A DNA stretch of 64,000 bases from an uncultured Acetatifactor sp. (GTDB lineage: Bacteria; Bacillota; Clostridia; Lachnospirales; Lachnospiraceae), in contig CAYLIM010000006.1 of NCBI GenBank assembly GCA_964383805.1, forward strand, positions 158 to 64,157. The letters are read 5' to 3'. The translations under genes and the position numbers were made by a program. Below the pieces are notes generated by a model. The model saw nothing but the letters and a program-made list of their open reading frames with translations. It had not been told where the DNA came from and made no database searches. Of this stretch, positions 17,367 through 27,808 are shown piece after piece (within the stretch, counting starts at the first letter, position 1; every line of letters starts with the position of its first letter).

Positions 17367-19487
17367 TTATTTTCTCCTGCGTCTGAACCATACTACAAAT
17401 CCGATCACCAGACTGCTGACAGGCAGGAGAATCATGGTAATCAGTCCCAGCATCAATGCGCTCTTCTGTGTAACCATCAGCGTGGATACCTCGTAGTCCT
17501 TAGCCGGGATAGACACGGTGACCTCATGATCCACAAAATGGCTTACTGTATTGGTAAACAGCATCTGGTTCGCGCCGCTTACCATGAGGCTGGTGTCATC
17601 CGTAAACATCTGGGGGCTGGAGTATACCACCATGACAGCCTCGCCGTCCTCCAGCGTTTTTACTGCCTCCACACCCAGGGCAAATGGCCCTTCCGCATCC
17701 CCCTCCTGTCTGCCATACTCCGTTGCGCTTTCAAAGTTTCGCATGGAGTAAGCACTGGAAGAGGTCCGCAAAAACTTATTATAGCGGATGGTGCCGTCCT
17801 CCTGTGCCTCGGGAACAAGAATGCCCTGGCTATAGGGTGCAAATACATAATACTCTCCATAAATTCCCGTGGTATAGGAGCTTGCGGCCACCGTAGGCAA
17901 AATATAGAACGGAACCTGATAATAATTGCCCGGATCCTCCTCCACCACCAGTCCGTCGGCAATACTCAGATCCATATAGGCCAGCACCGCATCCAGATTT
18001 GGAGTCGCCACCTCTCGATAGCCCACATTCAGGATTACCTTGCCGCCCCGATTCAGATAGGCAATTACCTTGTCTTTATCGTCCTCGGACAGATCCCCGG
18101 CGGGTCCGTTGATTACCAGACAGGCCGCCGTATCGGGCACAGCCTCATAATCCATCAGATTGATCGTATCATACTCCACATTCTCCTTGCTCAAACTGTT
18201 TTTAAAGGAAGTGCTCAAAGCCTGCTCCCCATGTCCCTCCGTCATGTATACCATCGGGATGTCGTCACTGAGCACATAATCCAGCGCGCTGGTAATCTGC
18301 CCCTCCCCGTCATAGCCGGTTACGGAAGAACTGTAATTGTATCCGTCGTAATCATAACTGGTGACATATATATCATTGGCATTTATCACCTTGCTGCGCT
18401 TTTCACCGACCACAATAAGGCTGTTGGTACTGACACTGCCGGAGGTATACTGAGTGTGAAACCGGGGATTCTGTATGGGGTCCACATATTGCACTTTGAT
18501 ATGCTCCGACAACTCCTCATAGCGGTCCAGTGTCTGTCCCAGAACTGTGTCCTCGCTGTCCTCATTAACCAGCACATAGATAGTCACATCCTCGTTGATG
18601 CCCTTCAGATACTCCTTTGTCTGATCCGTCAGGGAGTAGAGCTTGTTGCCTGTCAGATCCAGAGAGGTCCAGCTGCCGGGAAGCTGTCCCACTACCATGT
18701 TCAATACAATCGTCACTGCCACAGCCACTGCGATCATTCCTACGCTGTAAGCACCGGTTTTCAGCGTTTTTACGGACACGCTGTAACGCCTTTTCTGGAT
18801 AGACTGGCAGGTCAGAAACAGAGCCAGCGCCGTCAGGGACAAAAAGTATACCACAGAACCCACATCCAGCGTCCCGTTCAGCATCATCACAAAGGGCGTA
18901 CTCAGATCATACAATCCCAAAATATGAGTCAGCACATTGCCCGAGGAGGAGATCAGGCTGCATATGGAAGGCATCATATAGCCTAAAAACAACAACACGA
19001 AACTCAGCACCGCCGCAATTACCTGGCTCTCGGTCAAAGATGAGATCAAAAGGCCGATGGCAATACTCACCGCTCCATACAGGAAAAAGGCCAGCAGCGC
19101 CAGATAGCTCTCCCCCAGAGGCACGGAGCCGAACCGTTGCAAAATCAGTGGATAAACTGCGCTGACAGCCGTGGGAACAGCCAGAATTGTCAGCAGCGCC
19201 AGAAATTTACCCAGCACGATCCCGCTCACGGTTACAGGCGCCGTCAGAATCAGCTGATCCGTCTTGCTGCGCCGTTCCTCCGCCATGATCCGCATGGTCA
19301 GGACGGGCACCGTCAACATAAACAACACGATCACGCCGTTTATCACATAGGAAAAATAGGGATAGCCGCACAGCAGGCAGTACACAAAATAGTACAGACC
19401 GATGAAAAACAGGCTGACCCCGATAAACAGGCAGCCGATAAAGGAGTGAAAATAGGATTGCAGTTCCCTTTTATATATGGCTAACAT
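17367..19487 (-). CDS. GldF-GldG-type fused ABC-2 permease / auxiliary component
   Basis: N-terminal TM block with AEERRSKTDQLILTAP, then DLTGNKLYSL, YVDP, TEGHGE and a C-terminal TM followed by WFRRRRK. Confidence 0.85.
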   Translation of the reverse strand: MLAIYKRELQSYFHSFIGCLFIGVSLFFIGLYYFVYCLLCGYPYFSYVINGVIVLFMLTVPVLTMRIMAEERRSKTDQLILTAPVTVSGIVLGKFLALLTILAVPTAVSAVYPLILQRFGSVPLGESYLALLAFFLYGAVSIAIGLLISSLTESQVIAAVLSFVLLFLGYMMPSICSLISSSGNVLTHILGLYDLSTPFVMMLNGTLDVGSVVYFLSLTALALFLTCQSIQKRRYSVSVKTLKTGAYSVGMIAVAVAVTIVLNMVVGQLPGSWTSLDLTGNKLYSLTDQTKEYLKGINEDVTIYVLVNEDSEDTVLGQTLDRYEELSEHIKVQYVDPIQNPRFHTQYTSGSVSTNSLIVVGEKRSKVINANDIYVTSYDYDGYNYSSSVTGYDGEGQITSALDYVLSDDIPMVYMTEGHGEQALSTSFKNSLSKENVEYDTINLMDYEAVPDTAACLVINGPAGDLSEDDKDKVIAYLNRGGKVILNVGYREVATPNLDAVLAYMDLSIADGLVVEEDPGNYYQVPFYILPTVAASSYTTGIYGEYYVFAPYSQGILVPEAQEDGTIRYNKFLRTSSSAYSMRNFESATEYGRQEGDAEGPFALGVEAVKTLEDGEAVMVVYSSPQMFTDDTSLMVSGANQMLFTNTVSHFVDHEVTVSIPAKDYEVSTLMVTQKSALMLGLITMILLPVSSLVIGFVVWFRRRRK

Positions 19488-20459
19488 TTACGTTTCCTCC
19501 TTTCCATCCGTCTCCGCAGGCTCCGATGTCCCGCCTGTCAGCTCCAGGAAAATATCCTCCAGGGTCCGCTCTGACAGCACCATGGATAAAATAGGCAGCC
19601 GTCTCTCCGCCAAAAGATAGAAAAGCTCCTCCCGAATATCCCGCACCCCGTCGGTTCTGACCAGAACATTACAACAACCCTCCGGAGCGCCCTCCTGCAG
19701 CTGCATCTCCGCAATTCCCTCCATGTCTGCCACAGCCTCCCGCAGCGCCTCATAGTTGCCCTTCACCGTCAATTTCAGCTCCTGTTCGCCGCTTATCAGT
19801 TTCTGCAGCCCCTCCGGGGAGTCGCTGGCCACCAGTTTTCCGTGGGAGATAATCATGATGTGGTCGCACACAGCGCTGACCTCCGACAAAATGTGTGAGC
19901 TTAGAATAATGGTGTGATCTTTTCCCAGCTCGCGTATCAGATCCCGTATCTCTATGATCTGCTTGGGATCGAGGCCCACGCTGGGTTCGTCCAGAATCAG
20001 CACCTCCGGCGACCCCAGCAGCGCCTGTGCCAGGCCCACTCTCTGCCGGTAGCCCTTGGACAGATTTTTGATCAGCCGGCCTCTCATTTCCGTGATCCGT
20101 GTCATATCCATGACCCGCTCTATCTGCTCCTTGCGCTGCGCTTTGGGCACCTTTTTCAGCTCAGCCGCAAACCGCAGATACTCCTCCACTGTCATGTCCA
20201 TGTACAGCGGCGGCAGCTCGGGCAGATATCCCACACATTTTTTGGCCTCCTCCGGCTCCTGCCGCACATCGTGACCGCCTATAGTCACTGTGCCCTCACT
20301 GGCCGCCAGATAGCCGGTAATAATATTCATAGTGGTAGATTTTCCGGCGCCATTTGGTCCCAAAAAACCATATATCTGCCCCTTTTCCACCCGAAAGGAC
20401 AAATGATCCACGGCGACGTGCTTCCCATACCGCTTGGTCAAATCGGTCACTTCAATCAT
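19488..20459 (-). CDS. ABC transporter ATP-binding protein (GldA/CcmA type)
   Basis: GPNGAGKST, LSKGYRQR, ILDEP, SSHIL, TLEDIFL. Confidence 0.93.
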   Translation of the reverse strand: MIEVTDLTKRYGKHVAVDHLSFRVEKGQIYGFLGPNGAGKSTTMNIITGYLAASEGTVTIGGHDVRQEPEEAKKCVGYLPELPPLYMDMTVEEYLRFAAELKKVPKAQRKEQIERVMDMTRITEMRGRLIKNLSKGYRQRVGLAQALLGSPEVLILDEPSVGLDPKQIIEIRDLIRELGKDHTIILSSHILSEVSAVCDHIMIISHGKLVASDSPEGLQKLISGEQELKLTVKGNYEALREAVADMEGIAEMQLQEGAPEGCCNVLVRTDGVRDIREELFYLLAERRLPILSMVLSERTLEDIFLELTGGTSEPAETDGKEET

Positions 20460-20581
20460 GGTAAATTCCTCCTGAATAGTCTTTCCACTTATAGTTAACG
20501 ACGTCAGAAATATCCATATCGTCTACTATAGCTTAGTGGGAAAATGTCATAAAAAGGTGATAACTTTGTGAAAAAAATGTG

Positions 20582-20615
20582 AAAAAGCCCTCCGAGTACA
20601 ACTCGAAAGGCTTTT
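20582..20615. terminator. intrinsic terminator
   Basis: AAAAGCC-CTCCGAG TACAA CTCGAAA-GGCTTTT hairpin, directly after the HAM1-family gene. Confidence 0.7.
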
Positions 20616-20627
20616 ATCTATGGTCCT

Positions 20628-21230
20628 TTATTTTGAGAGCGATTCTCGGAAAAAATTCACAAATCCCTCATAGCCCACCAGATCGTCAGCATCGTGAGCA
20701 TTCAAATCATAATAGTACTCTCCCGTGTCCAGCCGCTTGGAAATACTGTCCAGAGGAAAACCGGGACGGCGAACCTCATGGGGCTTTGCGGTGAGCAAAA
20801 AACGCCGACTGGCAAGGCTCTCATCCATGGACTCGCAGATATGCTCCCTGTCCAAGACCAGACAGATGGCATTGCGGTATCTGGCGGTGATATCCCCGTA
20901 GCGGGCCGCCAGTCCTCCGTAGTAGTCCAGCATGGCCTGGTCGTCCAGATAAACACCCTGCGGAGACCGCACGTTAAGTCCCGGCTGCAATTCCTGCGGC
21001 AGATTCTCCAGATACAACCCGGAGTCGCAGGAAAAGAGTGGAATTCCATAGTGGTCATAGTAAAAAAGCGCTTTTTGGCGGGCGTTCTCCAACGGAGTGT
21101 TCCCCTCCTCCGGCGCCACGGGCACTTGCTCCATATCTCTGAGACAGAGCAGGCAGATGCCCAAGGGCTGCAGGGCATCCCGCATGGCCGTGTATTTGGC
21201 CGGATTAGATGTGGCGTATAAAAGTTTCAT
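20628..21230 (-). CDS. HAM1/ITPase-family non-canonical purine NTP pyrophosphatase
   Basis: YATSNPAK, EEGNTPLENARQKA, DSGLY, PG. Confidence 0.8.
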   Translation of the reverse strand: MKLLYATSNPAKYTAMRDALQPLGICLLCLRDMEQVPVAPEEGNTPLENARQKALFYYDHYGIPLFSCDSGLYLENLPQELQPGLNVRSPQGVYLDDQAMLDYYGGLAARYGDITARYRNAICLVLDREHICESMDESLASRRFLLTAKPHEVRRPGFPLDSISKRLDTGEYYYDLNAHDADDLVGYEGFVNFFRESLSK

Positions 21231-21237
21231 AAGTACC

Positions 21238-21732
21238 TCATTCCCCCCAATTCAGGCGGTGCAGCGCACCCTGTTCCTGCAATCCCGCAAAACCCTGCTG
21301 CCGCAGCGCCTCGTAGAGTACGATGGCCACGGAGTTAGACAGATTCAGGGAGCGAATGTCCGGCAGCATGGGAATTCGGATGCAGTTCTCCTCATGTTCC
21401 ACCAACAACTCCTCCGGTATTCCCGCGCTCTCCTTGCCAAACATGATATAGTCATCGGGTCCAAACTCGACTTCCGTGTAGCACCTTCTGGCCTTGGTGG
21501 TGGCCATCCATATTCTGACCCCCGGATGCTTTTCCTGAAATTCCTGAAAATTCATGTATCGGGTCACATCCAGCTGATGCCAGTAGTCCATACCGGCGCG
21601 GCGGATAGATTTTTCGTCCAGATGAAAACCCAACGGCTCAATCAGGTGCAGCGCGGTGCCCGTAGCCACACAGGTGCGCCCGATGTTGCCGGTGTTGGCC
21701 GGAATCTCCGGCTGGTGCAGTATAATATGCAT
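21238..21732 (-). CDS. trmL: tRNA (cytidine/uridine-34-2'-O)-methyltransferase
   Basis: PEIPANTGNIGRTC, RRAGMDYW, FGKESAG, RSLNLSNSVA. Confidence 0.93.
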   Translation of the reverse strand: MHIILHQPEIPANTGNIGRTCVATGTALHLIEPLGFHLDEKSIRRAGMDYWHQLDVTRYMNFQEFQEKHPGVRIWMATTKARRCYTEVEFGPDDYIMFGKESAGIPEELLVEHEENCIRIPMLPDIRSLNLSNSVAIVLYEALRQQGFAGLQEQGALHRLNWGE

Positions 21733-21747
21733 GCTTACCTCTTTCTA

Positions 21748-21847
21748 TACTCACTAACGATTAGATTTTCCTTTCCGCATAGCGCATGTTGCTCGATTAT
21801 GCGGCATGTGCTGGGCGGAAATTGGAAAATCCTAACGTTAGTCAGTA
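21748..21847. repeat. 100-bp imperfect palindrome (REP/MITE-like), family 2, copy 2
   Basis: Reverse complement of 9331-9430 with a few substitutions, flanked by TA on both sides. Confidence 0.9.
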
Positions 21848-21866
21848 TAAGATATCGCAGGCCAAC

Positions 21867-23033
21867 TTATTCGCCCCGCAGCTTACTGATAAAACGGCTC
21901 AGCCTGGTCATGGCCTCTCTCAGGGTGTCCAGCGAATAGGCATAGGATATCCGCAGAAAACCTTCCCCGCTGTCACCGAATGCCGTGCCCGGCACCGCCG
22001 CCACCTTCTCCGCTTCCAGGAACGCATTGGCAAACTCTTCACTGGTCATGCCAAACTCCTTGATGCAGGGAAACACATAGAAAGCGCCAAAGGGCTCAAA
22101 GCACTCCAAGCCCATCTCCTCAAAGGCATTCATCAAAAAGCGTCTGCGCTGGTTGTAGGACAGTTTCATCTCCTCCACGTCCGCATCCCCGTTTTTCAAC
22201 GCTTCCACCGCTGCGTACTGACTGGTGGTGGGGGCGCACATAATGGCAAACTGATGTATCTTAGTCATCTGCTGAATGATCGCATGAGGTCCGCAGGCAT
22301 AACCCAGCCTCCAGCCCGTCATGGCATACGCCTTGGAAAAGCCGTTGATCAGAATGGTTCTCTCCTGCATTCCCGGAAGGGAGGCGATGGATACATGTTT
22401 CTCCTTGTATGTCAACTCGCTGTATATCTCGTCTGACATGACAAATATGTCATGTTTAATGATCACCTGGGCTATAGCCTCCAGATCCTTTCGCTCCATG
22501 ATGGCGCCGGTTGGGTTGTTGGGATATGGCAGAATCAGCACCTTGGTCCTGTCCGTGATGGCCTCCTCCAGCTCCTGAGCCGTGAGACGGAACTCATTTT
22601 CCGCCTTCAGATTGACTATCACCGGCTTGGCCCCCGCCAAAATAGCGCAAGGTTCATAGGACACATAGCTGGGCTGAGGGATAATCACCTCATCTCCGGG
22701 GTTGATCATAGCCCGAAGACCGATGTCAATGGCCTCGGAACCGCCCACGGTAATCACTACCTCCTTGTCCCAGGCGTATTCAATGCCCTGTTTTCTCTTT
22801 ATGTAATTGCACACCTCCTGGCGCAGTTCCTTCAGTCCCGCATTGGAGGTATAGAACGTCCTGCCTCTCTCCAGGGCATAGATACCCTCGTCTCGAATGT
22901 GCCAGGGCGTATCAAAATCCGGCTCCCCCACACCCAGTGAGATGGCGTCTTTCATCTCGCTGACAATATCAAAAAATTTACGGATGCCAGAGGGCTTTAA
23001 TGCAACCACCTGGTCTGACAATGGATTTCTCAT
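21867..23033 (-). CDS. class I/II PLP-dependent aminotransferase
   Basis: SLGVGEPDF, PNNPTG, SDEIY, SKAYAMTGWRLG, GEGFLRISY. Confidence 0.93.
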   Translation of the reverse strand: MRNPLSDQVVALKPSGIRKFFDIVSEMKDAISLGVGEPDFDTPWHIRDEGIYALERGRTFYTSNAGLKELRQEVCNYIKRKQGIEYAWDKEVVITVGGSEAIDIGLRAMINPGDEVIIPQPSYVSYEPCAILAGAKPVIVNLKAENEFRLTAQELEEAITDRTKVLILPYPNNPTGAIMERKDLEAIAQVIIKHDIFVMSDEIYSELTYKEKHVSIASLPGMQERTILINGFSKAYAMTGWRLGYACGPHAIIQQMTKIHQFAIMCAPTTSQYAAVEALKNGDADVEEMKLSYNQRRRFLMNAFEEMGLECFEPFGAFYVFPCIKEFGMTSEEFANAFLEAEKVAAVPGTAFGDSGEGFLRISYAYSLDTLREAMTRLSRFISKLRGE

Positions 23034-23512
23034 GGCGTAATCATCTCCCTCTCATCTTCAGTTTTCTTTACAAAAATGGTTCCGTGATCCTTATATTTTT
23101 TCAGGATAAAGTGGGTGGAAGTGCTGAGCACCCGGTCCAGTGTGGACAGCTTATCCGACACAAAGCTGGATACCTCCCGCAGAGTCTTTCCCTCCAGTAT
23201 CACCATCAGGTCAAAACCGCCGGAAATCAAATACACACTTCTGACCTCCGGATAGCGGTAAATTCTCTCCGCCACGCTGTCAAAGCCCTGGCCCCTCTGA
23301 GGCGTGACCCGCACCTCGATCAGCGCCGTCACCTTCTCGTTGGAGGTCTTCTCCCAGTTGACCAGTGTGTGATAGCCGCAGATAATGCCCTCCTTCTCCA
23401 TGGCCTCCAGCTCATTGACCACATCCACTTCCTGGACTCCCAGGATCACAGCCAGCTCCTTTAAATCAATTCGGCTGTTCTTCTCAATAATTGACAATAA
23501 TTCCTCTCGCAT
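23030..23512 (-). CDS. Lrp/AsnC-family transcriptional regulator
   Basis: N-terminal HTH, VYLISGGFDL, T.THFILKKYK. Overlaps the aminotransferase start. Confidence 0.9.
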   Translation of the reverse strand: MREELLSIIEKNSRIDLKELAVILGVQEVDVVNELEAMEKEGIICGYHTLVNWEKTSNEKVTALIEVRVTPQRGQGFDSVAERIYRYPEVRSVYLISGGFDLMVILEGKTLREVSSFVSDKLSTLDRVLSTSTHFILKKYKDHGTIFVKKTEDEREMITP

Positions 23513-23530
23513 AATCCTCTATTCCTTTCT

Positions 23531-24526
23531 CTATTTTAAATTTCGCTCCATATATCTATGTATCTCGTCCTGTGCGGGTTTATCCAGATAACGTCTCTCC
23601 TCCGCATTACAGATCAGTCTGTCGTGGCTGTCTGTAATCTGTCCTATGACTGTGGCCGATATGCCCTCCCTGCCCAGCCGCTCCACCAGGCTCTCGCCGT
23701 GATCGACCGCCAGAATCAGGCAGCCGGAGGACGCCAGCGCATAGGGATTCACCTCACAAAACTCACACACCTCCACCGTCTCCTGACGAATGGGTATCTT
23801 TCGCAAGTCTATTGTCAGTCCGACACCCGAACTCTCTGAAAGCTCCCAGAGCGCAGCCAGTATGCCGCCCTCCGAGGCGTCATGCATGACTCGAATGCCG
23901 GACTGTGCCGCGACTGCGGCCTCCGGTATGACGGACAAATACTGTTCAAAGCCTGCCGCCTCCTCAATCAGTCGGGCGGGATAGCGCTCCAACAACTTCG
24001 GCCTGTTCAGGCGAGCCAGCAGAGCCGTGCCCTCCAGACCAATCCACTTGGTAAGCACGATGTCCTGTCCGGGCTTTGCCCCGTGAGTAGTCAGCAGCGC
24101 GCCGTCCTCCCACGGAACACCCCAGGCTGTGACACAGGCAATAGGGCTGTCCACATGGCGGCTGACGGTGGTGTGTCCTCCGGCAATCTGCATTTCCAGT
24201 AGGCCGCAGGTCTCCTCCGCAGCTGTCATAAGCTGTTTCAGCAGTGTCTCCTCCGTCTCCGGGGGCAGCAGCAGCGTGAGCAAAACGGCTATGGGCCGGG
24301 CGCCCGCCGCTGCCAGATTGTTGGCGCATTTCACCAGCACTCGGGCCATATCCGCCTCCCCCGTAACCTGCGCCTGGGAGACGGCGCTGGCACAGACGTC
24401 AGACGGCGCGAAAATGGCGCAGTCTTCCCCTATCCCTGCGCCACTTAACACTTCCTGCCTTTTGGTTCTGATCTGTCTTAATACAGAGCGTTTCAGAACA
24501 CTGTCTGATATTTTCCCTGTTCTCAT
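23531..24526 (-). CDS. AIR-synthase-related (PurM/HypE-like) protein
   Basis: GIGEDCA, NNLAAAGA, IAGGHT, MHDASEGG. Confidence 0.82.
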   Translation of the reverse strand: MRTGKISDSVLKRSVLRQIRTKRQEVLSGAGIGEDCAIFAPSDVCASAVSQAQVTGEADMARVLVKCANNLAAAGARPIAVLLTLLLPPETEETLLKQLMTAAEETCGLLEMQIAGGHTTVSRHVDSPIACVTAWGVPWEDGALLTTHGAKPGQDIVLTKWIGLEGTALLARLNRPKLLERYPARLIEEAAGFEQYLSVIPEAAVAAQSGIRVMHDASEGGILAALWELSESSGVGLTIDLRKIPIRQETVEVCEFCEVNPYALASSGCLILAVDHGESLVERLGREGISATVIGQITDSHDRLICNAEERRYLDKPAQDEIHRYMERNLK

Positions 24527-24571
24527 CCTCCGCGCCCTCTCACACTGATCTTAGGTCTGTTCTCTCCCTAC

Positions 24572-26053
24572 CTACTGTCCGGCAGCGGCGGCCATAGCTG
24601 CCTGCTGCTGGGCGGCCACAATGGCAATCACATTGCGCACGTTGGCCACGCTGCCGCTGTTGATAGCGTCAACAATGGCGGCATAGGCATTGGGATCAGC
24701 CGTAGCCGTACCCACATGGTAACTGCTGGGAACCATCTTGTAGGAGCTGCTGTTTATCTGGGTGCGTTCCACTTCCACGCCGTTCTCTGTCACAACCTTC
24801 CACAGCTGCGCCTTGTAGCCGATATGGGCGCTGTCGCCTTTTACCAGATAGCCGATGGGCTGCGACGCCTCCGCATACAGCTGTTCTCCGGGCGGATCGA
24901 TGACCTCCAGCACTTTGCTCTCATATGTCACCTTGCGGCTGCTGCTGCGAGTCTCATGCCCGTAGATATTAAAGGTAATCTTTTTTCCCTCAATGATACC
25001 CTCAATATAGATAGGGGTATCCAAATTATTCACAAACTTAAAGTCCTTGCCGGAGGACTCCGCAATGGCCGCGTCTGCAGAGGGGTCTACATAGGTCACA
25101 ATCATGGAGTGATTGTACCGCAGCGTCACCTCCAGCTCCGCTCTCAGCACGGCATTGTACAATGTGGTGGACACCTGGCAGATACCGCCGCCAAGGCTGT
25201 CAACCACCTTACCGTTCAGGTAGGAACCAGCCATGTAATAACCGTTCTTCTCGGTAAAGGGAGCCACCGCCTCATAGGTGGAAAACTCCTCGCCGGGATA
25301 CAGGGTAGTGCCGTCGATCAGTTTGCATCCGTTGGACACATTGGCGCTTCTGTCCGCGCCAGAGGAGGAGAAGGAGGTAGTAAAACTGCCCAGCACATCC
25401 GTCACTTTGGCCAGATCCTCGGCCGAACCCTGAGGCTGCTCCACAACAACATCCAGCGCAATAGTACCGGGCTGCAGGTCCCACTCCTTCGTCATGTACC
25501 CATATACTCTGTCAATGGAGGTCTCCACGTCCAGCCGATAACCCACTTGTCCCTCAATTATTGTAAATACGCCGTTTTCCCGTTTCAGGACGGCATTAAT
25601 CACCGGCTGATCGTAGCCGCTGCACTGCTCCGTCAGTATCTGATTGATGGCGTTTATATCATAATCAAAAGTAAGCTCATAGTTCACCGGCTCGCGCTGC
25701 AAATCCTTGAGCACCTTGTACCGGGTGATCACATTACCTTCCGTGCCGATAGCCAGCGCCTCGTCCAGGATCTCAGGATTGCTCCAGCGGATTCCCATAT
25801 CCCCCGCTGTCACCTGAATCTCCACATTATTGGAGGTCAGCAGGGTCAGCTGCACGGGCCGCAGATTGCTGTCTATGTATTGTTCCACTGCGTCGGCGGC
25901 CTCCTGACGATTCATTCCGCTCAAGTCCATGCCCTGAATCAGCACGCCCTCCTTCAGAGTTGGATCACTCGCTGCCCGGACAGGCATACCGATGCCGCAC
26001 AATATCGCCAGTGACAGAATTGTCAGACTCCAACGCTTTACCCACTTTTTCAT
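24572..26053 (-). CDS. secreted VanW-domain protein with PG-binding-4 region
   Basis: Signal peptide, RSANV, GGGICQVSTTLYNAVL, HS, DFKFVN. Confidence 0.88.
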   Translation of the reverse strand: MKKWVKRWSLTILSLAILCGIGMPVRAASDPTLKEGVLIQGMDLSGMNRQEAADAVEQYIDSNLRPVQLTLLTSNNVEIQVTAGDMGIRWSNPEILDEALAIGTEGNVITRYKVLKDLQREPVNYELTFDYDINAINQILTEQCSGYDQPVINAVLKRENGVFTIIEGQVGYRLDVETSIDRVYGYMTKEWDLQPGTIALDVVVEQPQGSAEDLAKVTDVLGSFTTSFSSSGADRSANVSNGCKLIDGTTLYPGEEFSTYEAVAPFTEKNGYYMAGSYLNGKVVDSLGGGICQVSTTLYNAVLRAELEVTLRYNHSMIVTYVDPSADAAIAESSGKDFKFVNNLDTPIYIEGIIEGKKITFNIYGHETRSSSRKVTYESKVLEVIDPPGEQLYAEASQPIGYLVKGDSAHIGYKAQLWKVVTENGVEVERTQINSSSYKMVPSSYHVGTATADPNAYAAIVDAINSGSVANVRNVIAIVAAQQQAAMAAAAGQ

Positions 26054-26079
26054 ACTAACCTCCACAAACCATTGAAAAA

Positions 26080-26184
26080 TCAAACCAAATATGCTAATGT
26101 AGGAATGACCATCGCCAACACAATCAATATAACTATGACGGCGGACACGATCCTTTTGGTTTTTTTATTGTTAAAATTCATCAT
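26080..26184 (-). CDS. 34-aa membrane peptide (DUF4044/Prli42-like architecture), not in the ORF track
   Basis: MMNFNNKKTKRIVSAVIVILIVLAMVIPTLAYLV, with strong RBS AAAGGTGAGGAG. Ends 26 nt before the vanW-domain gene. Confidence 0.7.
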   Translation of the reverse strand: MMNFNNKKTKRIVSAVIVILIVLAMVIPTLAYLV

Positions 26185-26235
26185 AGGATCAACTCTCCTC
26201 ACCTTTCCCTTAGGGACTCTGAAAGGATATTATAT

Positions 26236-26892
26236 ATGAATTTATATATTTTTGCAAGCCTTATAATGTTCATCTGCGTACTTTCCATGACCATAAAGCG
26301 CAACAACCGCACCGAGGAAAAACAGCAGGAGCAGTTCTGGGAACGTGAACAGCGCGCCAATCAGGTGCGCCGCAAACCTCTGGACGATCTGGATTATGTG
26401 ACTGTCCCACTGGATACTCTTCCCACCGCCGTCATGGCCCAGGATGTTATTGTCCGAGACTGCCTGGACACATTGACCTCGCTGTCGCGTGAAAAAATAG
26501 TGAATTTCGCCGGTTATACCAACACGGATTTAAAACTGGCCTACGGCGCCGCCAACATCACAGCCCTGTCCCAATACGACCAGAACTTTACTCTGCTCGT
26601 CCAGACTATGCAGAAATGGGCTGAGGCACTGCACAGCGCCGGATATATAACCGAAACCCGACAGATTCTGGAATGCGCCGTGCTGACTATGCACAGCGAC
26701 GCAGGCACGTCCTACCGGCTGCTGGCCTCCCTGTACGATCAAAACGGCGAACAGGAAAAGGTAGCGGCGCTGCACGACGCCGCTCTGGCGCTGACTTCAC
26801 CCTCCGGCAAGACCATAGCCCGCACTCTTCGGGAATCCTACCACTATATCGAATCGTTCTGCCCCGAGAAACAGGGTTCCAATACCGATTAA
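26236..26892 (+). CDS. membrane-anchored hypothetical protein
   Basis: N-terminal hydrophobic helix, RBS GAAAGGA, conserved-looking NTDLKLAYG motif. Confidence 0.75.
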   Translation: MNLYIFASLIMFICVLSMTIKRNNRTEEKQQEQFWEREQRANQVRRKPLDDLDYVTVPLDTLPTAVMAQDVIVRDCLDTLTSLSREKIVNFAGYTNTDLKLAYGAANITALSQYDQNFTLLVQTMQKWAEALHSAGYITETRQILECAVLTMHSDAGTSYRLLASLYDQNGEQEKVAALHDAALALTSPSGKTIARTLRESYHYIESFCPEKQGSNTD

Positions 26893-26930
26893 TATTATTT
26901 TATGTTCACAGGAGAGTTAATAGAACCCTC

Positions 26931-27770
26931 TCACAGCTCCAGTTTTTCCGCCACCTGCCTCCAGACCTCTTCGCTGGTATCAGGCAATGCTTTATGACTG
27001 ATCTTGCAGGCCTCACATACGGAATAGTAGAAATAATTATGTCCCGTCACCAAGGTTTTCTCCACAGCCCTGGTAAGATACAGACCATACTGTTCAATAC
27101 CGCTCTCCCGAAAATCCTTAAGAAAGCCCTCCACATCATAATCTATGGTGAGCAGCTCTATCTCCCAGCTATGAGAATTCCCCTCCATAACAGCGAACTG
27201 GGCATGGCAGCCCTGCTCGTCTATGGGAAGTCCCAGTGAGCCGGGATTGAGATAGGTCTTGCCGTAGAGCCGGTCCAACTCCTGATGGTGGGTGTGTCCG
27301 CCCAGCAGATACCGGGTCTGCAGCTGCTCCATAGACTGCTCCTTCAGCGGTCTGTCAAACTCGAAATTCCCTCTGATTACTCCCGGCGCCCCGTGGCATA
27401 GAGTCAGCGCCGGACAGTCTTCCAGCTGCAGCGCCATCTCCGAGGGCATGTTTTCCATCCAGTCCAAATCCTTGTCTGTGACCCGCTGGCTGGTATAGAA
27501 CAGCGAACCATTGGGCGAACAGATATGCCAGCCCTGATCCTGACGGCGGTTGTCCAACAGATATTCCTCCCGGTTGCCGCGAATCAAATAACAGGGATAT
27601 CTTTTCTCCATCTCATAGACCATGGAGAGCGTGCGCTCCGGGTAAGGACTGTCCGTAATATAATCCCCCAGACCAATAATTGCATCTATCGGATGCTGTT
27701 CCACATAGGCCAGAAATGCCTCCAGCGCCTTGTAATTGCCATGTATGTCACTGATTACCGCAACTTTCAT
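26931..27770 (-). CDS. calcineurin-like metallophosphoesterase (YfcE-like)
   Basis: SDIHGN, LGD, RGN, CHG, GHTH, NPGSLG. Confidence 0.9.
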   Translation of the reverse strand: MKVAVISDIHGNYKALEAFLAYVEQHPIDAIIGLGDYITDSPYPERTLSMVYEMEKRYPCYLIRGNREEYLLDNRRQDQGWHICSPNGSLFYTSQRVTDKDLDWMENMPSEMALQLEDCPALTLCHGAPGVIRGNFEFDRPLKEQSMEQLQTRYLLGGHTHHQELDRLYGKTYLNPGSLGLPIDEQGCHAQFAVMEGNSHSWEIELLTIDYDVEGFLKDFRESGIEQYGLYLTRAVEKTLVTGHNYFYYSVCEACKISHKALPDTSEEVWRQVAEKLEL

Positions 27771-27808
27771 TTATACCTCTCTTCTGCGGTATTGCATCGC
27801 CGTGTTTC

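Noticed and set aside
24572-26053. Vancomycin resistance locus
   Set aside because: VanW domain only, in a housekeeping context, with no vanHAX/RS.
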